From NCBI GenBank assembly GCA_040220235.1, contig JAVJTO010000101.1: a DNA stretch of 64,000 bases; one strand, given 5' to 3'. This DNA comes from Coleofasciculus sp. B1-GNL1-01. Its GTDB lineage: Bacteria > Cyanobacteriota > Cyanobacteriia > Cyanobacteriales > Coleofasciculaceae. Position 1 is the first letter of the stretch. Each line of letters opens with the position of its first letter. Shown piece by piece: positions 22,332 to 32,700 of this stretch. A program made the position numbers and the translations under genes. The notes beneath the pieces are model-generated. The model made no database searches, was not told the origin of the DNA, and saw nothing but the letters and a program-made list of their open reading frames with translations.

Positions 22332-22923
22332 AGCCTCATCTTAAACCCTTGCCCTGTCTGAGGTCTAGAGGCACTTTCCGACGCTCACCAATTTTGACCG
22401 AAAAAATCCGAAAAATCTCCCTAGAAAAATCGCTGAAACCATTACAAACAAAGTCCTATTTTAGCTGTGCCAAGCTATATATGTAGTGGCGTGGTACACC
22501 TTATTTGATGATTAGAATTACGCCCGGAAACCGTAGGGGCGCATGGCGTGCGCCCGATTAAATGGTAAGATTGATTCCACAATTTTAGCTGTGTCAGTCC
22601 GCCATCGTGTGTTATCGCTTGCGTAACGCACCTTAACCAAGATATAGCACTACGCACTCTAGTTAGGACATATAGTGTTTTCAGATGATTCGTGTACAGC
22701 CAAAGCACTGAAAGCCTTACTGGGCAAGGGTTGCTTGTTTAGATTTCAAATGTAAACACTATATCAAGAAAAATTAAAATCGCTCAATCTTTTGTAAGGT
22801 AGAGACGTAGCATAAGGAGTCTCTACATTTCACTATTCCCCATCCCCGCGTCTCTCCATCCCCGCGTCCCGGTGTCTCCTCCCCACCACAAGACTTATTC
22901 AACCACCCCTAAATAATGATAAG

Positions 22924-23712
22924 TTGAGAGTAACGCACGATCTTGCCGCCGTAACTGATATGCCAGACTTCTCATACTTCTCCCTGATTGTGGCGCAAAC
23001 CCCTCCAACCCCGACATCATCTCCTGATTTAGAGTTAATTAAACAGCAGATGGAGTTTCTCAAAGATGCCAATAGCCAGTTAACAGAAAGTTTTAATGCA
23101 TTTATTGGCACCTTGAATTTAGCCTTTGTCCTCATGGGAATATTTCTAGGGATTTTAGGCATTGTTGGCACATTCTTCTACGGAAAAACCCTCAACGACA
23201 TCAAGCAATCCGTTGATAACATGGTTGACCAAGAAGTGAATCGAATTGTGTCACAAACAATTCGCGCCAAGGTGGATTATCTCCAAAAAGTGCTAGAACG
23301 GGAAGAAGTGATTGGCTGGATAACTATAGATTATCTCTTACCTACCAATCAACGTGTGCGACCGCCCCAAGAATTCAAACTGCTGCAAAAACGGGGATTT
23401 CAGGATGTAAAAATCCACTACCAAATCCCAGCCAGCCGTCGCCGTAGTCTGGATATTTTAGTCTTAGATTTAGTCAATCATCAACTACCGGACTCAGAAA
23501 TTGTCACCGTTGTCAATCAGGTAATCGACAATTTAGCACCAACATCTATTTTAATCGTTTATGTCAGCGGTATCTCCCCAGCCATTGACGAATTCAAAAA
23601 GAGTAATAAATTCGAGTATTACACCGTTGCAAATAACCGCATCACCCTGATCAGTGCAGCCGTGAATTGCGCTTACGTTGCTGATGCGTTACGTCAGGGA
23701 GATGATCTGTGA
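22924..23712 (+). CDS. Membrane protein: coiled coil + TM + receiver-like alpha/beta domain; candidate type III accessory effector
   Basis: TM LAFVLMGIFLGILGIVGTFF; DILVLD, ILIVYV and AN..ITL strand pattern; start uncertain. Confidence 0.6.
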   Translation: MRVTHDLAAVTDMPDFSYFSLIVAQTPPTPTSSPDLELIKQQMEFLKDANSQLTESFNAFIGTLNLAFVLMGIFLGILGIVGTFFYGKTLNDIKQSVDNMVDQEVNRIVSQTIRAKVDYLQKVLEREEVIGWITIDYLLPTNQRVRPPQEFKLLQKRGFQDVKIHYQIPASRRRSLDILVLDLVNHQLPDSEIVTVVNQVIDNLAPTSILIVYVSGISPAIDEFKKSNKFEYYTVANNRITLISAAVNCAYVADALRQGDDL

Positions 23713-24262
23713 TGGAGAGGGGGAGACACGGGGACGCGGAGAGGGGAGACGCGGAGAGGGGGAGACGCGGAGAGGGGAGACGCGGAGAGGGGGAGACGCG
23801 GAGAGGGGAGACGCGGAGAGGGGGAGACGCGGAGACGCGGGGACGCGGTGATAAAAGGAACCCGTTAAAGTAACTTTGACAGTCGGCTAGTCAGCTTGGG
23901 GTGAGAATGGTTTCTTTGCCAAACATTCATCGGAAAATTCACCACCATTCTGCCTTTTAGACAAGTCGCGATCGCGCCTACTATATTTTGTCCTATTTAT
24001 TCTATCTAAGGATTGAATACCGATAGAGTTTTGATTAAATAATACACCTCCCCGTTAACAGCGGTGGGTTACGGCGGATTGTTCATTGAATGGCTATCGC
24101 TTCGGTTTAAATTCCGCCTAACCCACCCTACGTTTTTGAGATCCAAGTATTTACTCCTAGTCTCTTTTTTTTTGAGACAAAGGGGTTGTTGTTTTAGATA
24201 TTTTGTTATAACATTGTTACAAGTAACCAATACACCCAACCAAACACAAGGAGAAGAACCAA

Positions 24263-25243
24263 ATGAAACCGTTCCCCCCTCAATTTCACAAATCCCCGAC
24301 CGCTGAAACGACAGCCCAGCAAGCGTTATCGGAATTTGGAATGACCCAACTCCTCTCTCTAATCAAGCACTACCGCGACATTGACTTCGATGCATCGCAA
24401 ATGCACCTAACCGATGCTGAAGTGAATGCGATCGCGAAACTATTTATCCAGGAGTTGACGCGAAGCATCGACGGAAAACTCATCGCTGGCGCCTTAAACG
24501 CCCTGCGTAATGGTGAGGAGATGGAGACTCAAAACTTAGTTGGGGCGGGTTTAGTTATATCTGGGGAAAAAAGAAACGATAATAGTGAAACCCGCCCCTA
24601 CACACAATTCAACACTTTGCCAATTCCTACTCCTCGTTACCAAGAAGGCGATCGCGTTGAGTGGAAAACAAATCAAACAGACTGGGGCGTAATTTTGGGA
24701 CGCTTTTATGACTACAACCACCATCACAATCAGTGGATGGTTTACTACATCATCCAACTCGCCCCCGATTCTCCCAGTGCAGCATGGGTAACCACGGATA
24801 CGGCGTCTGAAGCGGATTTAGAAAAAATGCCGGATACCGTTGAACCAACCGAAGAGAATAACAACCCCTACCGTTATCCCACCCATTTTACTGGCGCGAT
24901 CGCATCCCCATCTGTGCGTAGTTCAACTGGACGCTATAATCCCCGTCGCCGACACAATCTCCGCCCGATCAACCAGCGGGAAAAATACATTATTGACCTT
25001 TATTGTTACTGTGAATTAGGGATGACGCCAAGGCAGTTTTATAGCAAATGGAATGTCACGTATGAACAACTGTCTCATATCTGTTCCCGTTCCCTGGGGA
25101 CAGTGCAGTGTTGGTTCAAACGAGGTAAAGGATACTACCCCCCTCAACCCGTGGATTTGCGCCATCTGGCAATCTTGGATTTTTTGTTAGAGCATTTTGA
25201 AGAGATACCCCAATCCCTGATCAACCTGCTGTGTTCGCCTTGA
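24263..25243 (+). CDS. Multidomain hypothetical protein with C-terminal HTH
   Basis: FYSKWNVTYEQLSHICSRSLGTVQCWF HTH-like segment; GGAG RBS. Confidence 0.7.
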   Translation: MKPFPPQFHKSPTAETTAQQALSEFGMTQLLSLIKHYRDIDFDASQMHLTDAEVNAIAKLFIQELTRSIDGKLIAGALNALRNGEEMETQNLVGAGLVISGEKRNDNSETRPYTQFNTLPIPTPRYQEGDRVEWKTNQTDWGVILGRFYDYNHHHNQWMVYYIIQLAPDSPSAAWVTTDTASEADLEKMPDTVEPTEENNNPYRYPTHFTGAIASPSVRSSTGRYNPRRRHNLRPINQREKYIIDLYCYCELGMTPRQFYSKWNVTYEQLSHICSRSLGTVQCWFKRGKGYYPPQPVDLRHLAILDFLLEHFEEIPQSLINLLCSP

Positions 25244-25391
25244 GAATCTATCACGTTTCAGGGCGCACGATAAGCGATGTCATTTGTCATTTGTTGATTG
25301 TTCATTGTTCATTGTTCATTAGTAATCCTCTTCCCCCTCTCCCCATCTTCCCCTCTCCCCCTCTCCGCGTCTCCCCCTCTCCGCGTCTCCC

Positions 25392-27035
25392 TCAACTTCC
25401 ACCACTGCCTAAAATGACTAAACTCAATAATGTTCCACTATTCCAGAGACTGTGAACAATCATGGGCGCCAGCAGATTGCGCGATCGCGTGTACACGATT
25501 CCTAATACAATGCCTAATGTGGCTAAGGGGAGGACTTCTGACAAACTCAGGTGCGCGATCGCAAAGACGAGACTACTGGTGACAATTGCTCCCCAAACAG
25601 GCATATAGCGGGTTAACGACGGTAATAAAAACCCTCGGAACATGAATTCCTCAAATAGGGGTGCAGCAATGCAAGCCGTGCTAAAAAATATCACGATAGC
25701 AACTGTATCCTGTCCTTCTAGAACTAGAGAAAGAATCGGATTACTCCCCCCTTGTCCCTGCCATAATTTCTGATTCAGGAGTGAGACTAAAATGACCAGG
25801 GGAAGCGCCACAAGATAGCCACCTAATCCAAAAATAATCCCTTTTTTGCGGAATTTAATCCGAAACCAATCCTCTGGCAAGGGTAAAAAATCCTTGATCG
25901 AAAGGTAAAGGACTCCCAATCCTCCAGCCGCTAGCACAATGTAAGTCATTAAAACATAGAATGCCTGCATTCTTACCGTAAAACTAGCCGGATTCAGATT
26001 GAACAAGCCCAGGAAAAGTGGCAGGATAAAAATAGGAAGGAGGATTTGACCGATAAAGAAAAAGCCCAGAATCAAGACTTGCCAAATCATTTCTCCATCC
26101 CAAGGCGTATCCCAAGGCATAGTGCTGTTGGTGGCGAGGAGCGATCGCTCTCCCTGAAGTAACCACTGACCCAGCAAAAATAGCAAAAGTCCCACCCCAA
26201 TCAGACCGCCAATTCCGGGAATGGCACTAATTAGAGTTAACTTAACTAAAGCTTGTTTGGCTCTCTCTTTTTCTTGAGCTTGTAAGGATACTAAGGCATC
26301 TTGACGCTGTTGCAATTGATAAAGCTGGAACAATGCCCGATACTGGAACCAGCTATCTAAATTTTGTTGAATTTTTGACTCCGCATCGGGTAAAATTCGA
26401 GGCGGATCACTCCAAAGACCTGCTAATATGGCGGCAGTTTTGGCGGATGGCGTCGTTGCTGGAGCGGTACTTTCCACAGTTTCTTGCTCAATCAACTCAT
26501 TCCACGTCTGAATCGCCATCTCTGTTCTACCCTGTTGAGCTTGCAGCAGTCCCAACCGCACATTCAGTTCATCAATAAGTTGTTCTGTCTGAGATAATGA
26601 CTTTTGCAACTGCTTTCGCTGCTGAGAGGTCATCGGAGCCTCATCAATGGGAGCGATTTGCATTTGCGGTTTAGCCAGCTCATCACCGATAGATGTTGTC
26701 ACATCTGGGTTTGAGGAAACTTGATCCAGTTTGGCAATAATTTTTGATTGAGTCGTCTGCGCGGTTTCCAGGACTTGTTCATATTGCTCTTGTGCATTTT
26801 CAAACGGATTATCACCGAGTAATGCATTCCGCGCCGCCGTTAAATCCTCTTCTCCTTGTGTTGCTAAACTCTGACCTTCGGCAGCATGGAGTAATAAATT
26901 GGTTTGGTAAAGTTCTAAGCGACTTTGAATTTGAGGCTGACCCCAGCTTTCAACCAAAGAAAGGCTGACTTGTAAGAGTACCGCCACCGTCAGAACGGCT
27001 AAAATTAACCGTTTAATCACTAACCCAGTATTCAT
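25392..27035 (-). CDS. CPBP (CAAX/Abi) family intramembrane metalloprotease
   Basis: EEFMFRG, FAIAH and HSLWN motifs; multiple TMs. Confidence 0.92.
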   Translation of the reverse strand: MNTGLVIKRLILAVLTVAVLLQVSLSLVESWGQPQIQSRLELYQTNLLLHAAEGQSLATQGEEDLTAARNALLGDNPFENAQEQYEQVLETAQTTQSKIIAKLDQVSSNPDVTTSIGDELAKPQMQIAPIDEAPMTSQQRKQLQKSLSQTEQLIDELNVRLGLLQAQQGRTEMAIQTWNELIEQETVESTAPATTPSAKTAAILAGLWSDPPRILPDAESKIQQNLDSWFQYRALFQLYQLQQRQDALVSLQAQEKERAKQALVKLTLISAIPGIGGLIGVGLLLFLLGQWLLQGERSLLATNSTMPWDTPWDGEMIWQVLILGFFFIGQILLPIFILPLFLGLFNLNPASFTVRMQAFYVLMTYIVLAAGGLGVLYLSIKDFLPLPEDWFRIKFRKKGIIFGLGGYLVALPLVILVSLLNQKLWQGQGGSNPILSLVLEGQDTVAIVIFFSTACIAAPLFEEFMFRGFLLPSLTRYMPVWGAIVTSSLVFAIAHLSLSEVLPLATLGIVLGIVYTRSRNLLAPMIVHSLWNSGTLLSLVILGSGGS

Positions 27036-27419
27036 GAACCCCCCAAAAAAAGTAATCAGTCATAAGTTATAAATAATAAGTCATAAGTTCTAACGTTATA
27101 AAAAAATATTTAGTAACAAAGCTCACTGTTTTTGTTTCAGATGTAATCTGTCGCATTCTGGCTTTTCCGGGGAAGTCTTGAAACCCTGTTAATAAGGAAG
27201 ATACACAGGAAAAATTAATCTCTTCCCCATCTTCCCCTGCTCCCAGACGCGCCATGGCGCGTCTCTACATTGCTTCCCCAGCTTCCTCGCCTTTTTGTCC
27301 AGCAGGTGGGCGGTTACACTGAAAATGACCCTGATCTTTGAAGATGCCCCAAGGATGCTACCAGCATTTGGGTTAATCTGACTACTATTCATAAAATTGG
27401 TCACATAGGAGCAAAAGGA

Positions 27420-28772
27420 TTGACTACTCGCGTCATTATTGTACGGCACGGTCAGAGCAGCTATAATGCCCAGCAACTCATTCAAGGACGCTGTGATGAG
27501 TCCGTGTTAACCGAAAAAGGGGCTGATGATGCCCGTAAGGTGGGGGCTGCCCTCAGTCGCTTGACCCTTGATGCTGTCTATTGCTCTCCTCTCCAACGAG
27601 CGAAGCAGACCGCAGAGGTCATTCTACCTTATTTATCTGGCTCACCCCCTCTCCAACCATCAGAAAACCTGATGGAAGTTGATTTACCCTTGTGGGAAAA
27701 AGTGGCTAAATCCGACGCCCGGACAAAATTCCCGGAAGATTATCGGTGCTGGAAAGAACGTCCGGAAGATTTCTATATGGAAATCACTACATCGGAGGGA
27801 ACCCGGAAGCATTTTCCTGTCTTGGCACTTTATCAACAAGCGCAGCAATTCTGGCAAGAGATTCTACCTCGCCACCAAGGTGGCACAATTTTAATCGTGG
27901 CACACAATGGCATCAATCGCTGTTTGATTAGTAGCGCCTTGGGTATTTCTCCTGCCCGTTACCAGTCCGTCTTACAATCCAACTGTTGCATTAATGTTCT
28001 GAATTTTACGGGGGGTTGGGGTGAACCTGTGCAATTAGAGTCTCTCAATCAAACCTCTCATGTCGGTACGCCGTTACCGACACCTCGCCCCAGTAATCGG
28101 GGGTTGCGTCTGCTGCTGGTACGTCACGGGGAAACCGAGTGGAATCGCGTCTCCCGCTTCCAAGGCGGTATTGATGTGCCGTTAAATGAAAATGGACGCC
28201 AACAGGGACAGCAGGTGGCTGAGTTTCTTAAGGATATCCCGATTGATTTTGCCGTGACCAGTCCGATGTTACGTCCCAAGGAAACGGCTGAATTAATTCT
28301 TCAGTATCACAGTGGTATTACGCTAGAACTTGAAGATAAGTTTCGCGAAATCAATCATGGACTGTGGGAGGGGAAATTAGAGTCAGAAATAAATCAGGAA
28401 TACGCCGATTTATTGCATCAATGGAAAGTCGCTCCCGCGACGGTACAAATGCCCAATGGTGAAAATTTAAACCAAGTTTGGGAGAGAGCTACAGCCGCTT
28501 GGGATAGGATGATTCAGGTCAAAGCTGGAATGGCTGAGTCTGAACTAAAAACAGGTTTAGTTGTGGCACACGATGCGATTAATAAAGTGATCCTTTGCCA
28601 TGTTTTGGGATTGAGTTCAGAATCATTCTGGAGTATTAAACAAGGGAATGGTGGTGTGAGTGTGATTGAATATAGTCAAGGGTTAGAGAAATTACCTGTC
28701 GTCCAGGCGATGAATATTACGACTCACCTTTCTGGAGATATTTTCGACCGAACGGCAGCAGGGGCGTTATAG
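27420..28772 (+). CDS. Two-domain histidine phosphatase (phosphoglycerate mutase family)
   Basis: Two RHG motifs (VRHGQS, VRHGET), SPLQRA/SPMLRP. Confidence 0.92.
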   Translation: MTTRVIIVRHGQSSYNAQQLIQGRCDESVLTEKGADDARKVGAALSRLTLDAVYCSPLQRAKQTAEVILPYLSGSPPLQPSENLMEVDLPLWEKVAKSDARTKFPEDYRCWKERPEDFYMEITTSEGTRKHFPVLALYQQAQQFWQEILPRHQGGTILIVAHNGINRCLISSALGISPARYQSVLQSNCCINVLNFTGGWGEPVQLESLNQTSHVGTPLPTPRPSNRGLRLLLVRHGETEWNRVSRFQGGIDVPLNENGRQQGQQVAEFLKDIPIDFAVTSPMLRPKETAELILQYHSGITLELEDKFREINHGLWEGKLESEINQEYADLLHQWKVAPATVQMPNGENLNQVWERATAAWDRMIQVKAGMAESELKTGLVVAHDAINKVILCHVLGLSSESFWSIKQGNGGVSVIEYSQGLEKLPVVQAMNITTHLSGDIFDRTAAGAL

Positions 28773-28917
28773 CAGTAGACACATCGATTAGGACTTTCGG
28801 CACTATTGTAGAGACGTTGCATGCAACGTCTCTACATATTGGTGGAAATAAACTCAATCCTGTTAAGTGAGATAAATAATCCTCACAGCCTGACAAATGA
28901 CAAATGACAAATGACAA

Positions 28918-29685
28918 ATGACAAAAACCATGTTTCAAACCAATCCGCCTCAAGACCCGAAAAAAGTTTTGCCTACAATGTACGATCTCAAGAGCGAAGA
29001 CCCAGAGGAACCCGGTTTGCCTGACAAATATCATTTACTACAAGCGCGTTTCCTTGAAGATACCTTCTGTCCTCCTAACTACCCAACGGATCGCATTTTT
29101 GTTGCCAGCGATTTGAATCTTTACTACAATCCGCGCCAGACCAATTGGTACAAACGCCCCGACTGGTTTGCTGTAGTGGGGGTTGATAGACTCTATGAAC
29201 AACGAGATTTACGAATGAGCTATGTGGTGTGGCAAGAAGAAGTGAATCCCTTTGTCGTGGTAGAACTGATTTCACCGGGTACTGAAAAAGAAGACTTGGG
29301 GCAAACGCTGCGGGAAGCAAATCAGCCACCGACAAAGTGGGAAGTCTATGAACGTATTTTGCGCGTTCCCTATTACATCGTGTTTAATGGTCGCACGAAC
29401 CAGCTAAGAGCGTTTCAGTTAATGGGTAGTCGCTACACCGAGTTAGACGTTAGTGAACCGCGTGTGTGGATGAACGATATTCAGCTAGGGTTAGGACTGT
29501 GGCAGGGTTTCTATGGGGAATGCGATCGCACCTGGTTACGTTGGTATGATGCACAAAGCAACTGGATTTTGACTCCCTCAGAACGAGAAAGACAAGGAGT
29601 TGAACGAGAAAGGCGACGGGTAGCAAGATTGGTAGAACAATTGAGATCGCTTGGTGTTGAACCGGATTTAGATTTGGAGGGTTAA
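28918..29685 (+). CDS. Uma2-family endonuclease
   Basis: Paralog of 9301-10134; true start may be 28930. Confidence 0.9.
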   Translation: MTKTMFQTNPPQDPKKVLPTMYDLKSEDPEEPGLPDKYHLLQARFLEDTFCPPNYPTDRIFVASDLNLYYNPRQTNWYKRPDWFAVVGVDRLYEQRDLRMSYVVWQEEVNPFVVVELISPGTEKEDLGQTLREANQPPTKWEVYERILRVPYYIVFNGRTNQLRAFQLMGSRYTELDVSEPRVWMNDIQLGLGLWQGFYGECDRTWLRWYDAQSNWILTPSERERQGVERERRRVARLVEQLRSLGVEPDLDLEG

Positions 29686-29791
29686 GTATAACCAATGACA
29701 AAAGTTAAGAAAAAATAAGTTCTCACCTCTGGAGAAGAGGCTGCGGATTGCGGCAAAGTTTGGCAGTATAAAGAATAGGTATCTGCTGCTA

Positions 29792-32700
29792 GTGCAGTGT
29801 GACGGAAATAACCCCACAGTTAATCACCAGGAGAGAGAAAAAGGATATAACCCTAAACATTACAGCCTTGGAGTCTGTTTGTCCCAGCTACAGCCTGCGC
29901 CCTACCCAATTATTATGCAGCCTGACACCACCGCCACTACCTTCCCTGCTTTAGAGCATTTTATTGACTATCATCCCCTTACGATTGAGGCTCAAGCAAC
30001 TCTAGTTGAAGCGATCGCTCTGTTAAATCAAGGACAATCCTTGTCGGCGTACCAATCGGGACAAATTACCAAAGAACCGGAACGTTCACATCGCATCGTC
30101 TTGGTGACCGAAAACTCGGCGTTGATCGGGATAGTGACAACGCGACAACTGATTGAACTAATGCTGGCTGGGGTGAATTTTCAGGACACCCAGGTGGCTG
30201 ATGTGATGATGCGATCGCCAATTACTTTAACCCTCTGTGAGTCCTGTCATCTGTTTACTGCATTATCCTTTTTCGAGAGCTATTCGATTGATCATCTCCC
30301 GGTTTTGGATAAGGCAGGTAAATGTATTGGATTAATCACAGAAAATAGTATTTGTCAAGGGCTACCTGAGCTAAATTTACTTAAGTCGCAATCGGTGGCG
30401 GCGACAATGACGACTCCGGCGCTAAAGGTTTCGTTGACGACTTCTATTCTGGACGTGGCACAACAGCTAATTAAGACTCAGGAAACTTGTGCTGTATTGA
30501 TTCAGGAAAGGGGAATCGGGGATGAAACCAATGGGAGAACGTTTAAACAGAGTGCGATCGCGTCGCCTTTATCCTCAGTGTCTGCCCATTCCTTACCTGT
30601 AGGACTAATTACACAACAGGATTTAATCCACTGTTTACAGCTCTCTGTCTTTGGACTTGACTTGTCAAAAACACCCGTGTCTATGGTGATAAAAAAACCG
30701 CTGTTGAGTCTCCATCCGGATGATTCCCTAAAACAGGGACTCGAACAGATGCGGCAAGTTGGGCAAATCCCTCAATTAGTCTACCAATCTCCGGAAAATT
30801 TCCTCGGCATTTTCACCGCAACGGACATCATTAAAGCGCTGAATCCTCTGGCGCTGCTGAATCAAGTTGAACAATTACAGCAAACAATTAATCAACAAGC
30901 CAACCAACTGAAGCAAACCCTGAATGACTTAAGCCAAGCCGAAACGACGTTGGAAACAAGCCATCAGCGTTTGCAGTTGATTCAGACAATAGCCAGCAAT
31001 CCCACATTGAACGGGAGTGACTGGCAAAGAGAATTCAGTGAGTTGACACAAGCCCCCTCAGCATCTCCTTGTCTTCCCTCCTCGTCGTTGGTGGAAACCC
31101 CAAGCGATAAAACCATGGAGCCACCTCAGGTTGCCCATATTGTCAAAACCGCAACAGAACGGCTGGAATTAATCCTCCGCGCCTCCCAGGATGGATTTTG
31201 GGACTGGAATATGATTACTGGGGACATTTATTTCTCTCCCCGATGGAAAGAAATGTTGGGTTACGCCGATTGGGAATTGCCGAATGAATTGGCGTCTTGG
31301 GAGAAGGTGATTTTTGACGAGGATCGGATTGCCGCGTTAAAACTGATTGAAGATTATAACAGGGGCAAGGTTTCTCGTTTCCAAGCCGTCCAACGCTTCC
31401 ATCATAAAAACGGCTCAACCGTTTATATTTTGTCCCGGGCGATTCACCAAAAAGATGCCGCCGATCGAGTAATCCGCATGGTGGGAACTCATACCGATAT
31501 TACCGATCGCAAACAAGCCGAGGCAAGCCTACAAGCTGAATATTCCTTTAAAACCCAACTGATCGAACGGATGGGAGAAGGCGTCTGTGTCTGTCATAGT
31601 ATTGACACCTATCCCTATATCCGCTTCACAGTTTGGAATCAGCAGATGGTAAAGATTACTGGGTATACCGTTGAGGAAATTAACCGTCGAGGCTGGTATC
31701 AAACATTCTATCCCGATCCGAAACAACGCAGCCAAGCCGTTAAGCGAATTGCTCAAATGCAACGGGGGGAGGATTTAGTCGGTGAGAAATGGGATATCGT
31801 TCGGGCGGATGGTAGCCACCGTATTTTATCGATCTCCACATCCAGAATTGAAACCTCAGAGCATCAGACTCATATCTTAGCCTTGATTCAAGATGTGACT
31901 GAACGCTTGCACTCGGAAACCGCGTCGCAGCAACAAGCCGAACGGGAGCGGTTAATTCGCTCCATCGCGCTGCGGATTCATCAGTCGTTGGAGTTGGAGA
32001 ATATTCTCAATACCACGGTGACGGAAGTGCGACAGTTCCTGCAAACGGATCGGGTGTTAATTTATCGCTTCAATCCCGATTGGAGTGGCGTCGTCGCCGT
32101 GGAGTCGGTGGAATCAGACACGTTATCCGTTTTGGGACAAACCATTTATGACCCCTGCTTTGGCGAGAAATCAGCGATACGTTACCAACAGGGTTATATT
32201 CATACCGTGGAGGATATTTACACGGCAGATATTTTACCCTGTTATCGCGACTTTTTAGCCGATCTTCAGGTCAGGGCAAACCTAGTCGTACCGATTCTAC
32301 AGGGACAAAAATTGTGGGGGTTACTGATTGCCCACCATTGTCATCGTCCTCGCCATTGGCAAACCGTTGATATTGATCTGCTTCAGCAACTAGCCACCCA
32401 AGTCGCGATCGCGATTCAACAGTCTGAATTATATCAGCAGTTATCCACTGAACTGGCTGAACGCAAACAGGCGGAAACCGCCCTCCGACAGCAAGCTGAA
32501 CGAGAACGATTAATTAGTGCGATCGCCCGTCGCATTCGCCAATCGTTACACTTGACTGAGATTCTGAACACGACGGTAACGGAGGTGCGGCACTTCCTGG
32601 AAACGGATCGGGTGTTAATTTACCGTTTCAATCCCGACTGGAGTGGCGTAGTCGAAGTCGAGTCTGTCGCCGTGAAAGAGTTATCAGTATTGGGGCGCAC

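Noticed and set aside
25392..27035. CPBP/Abi protease as a CRISPR accessory gene
   Set aside because: It looks like a conserved core gene that served as the insertion site
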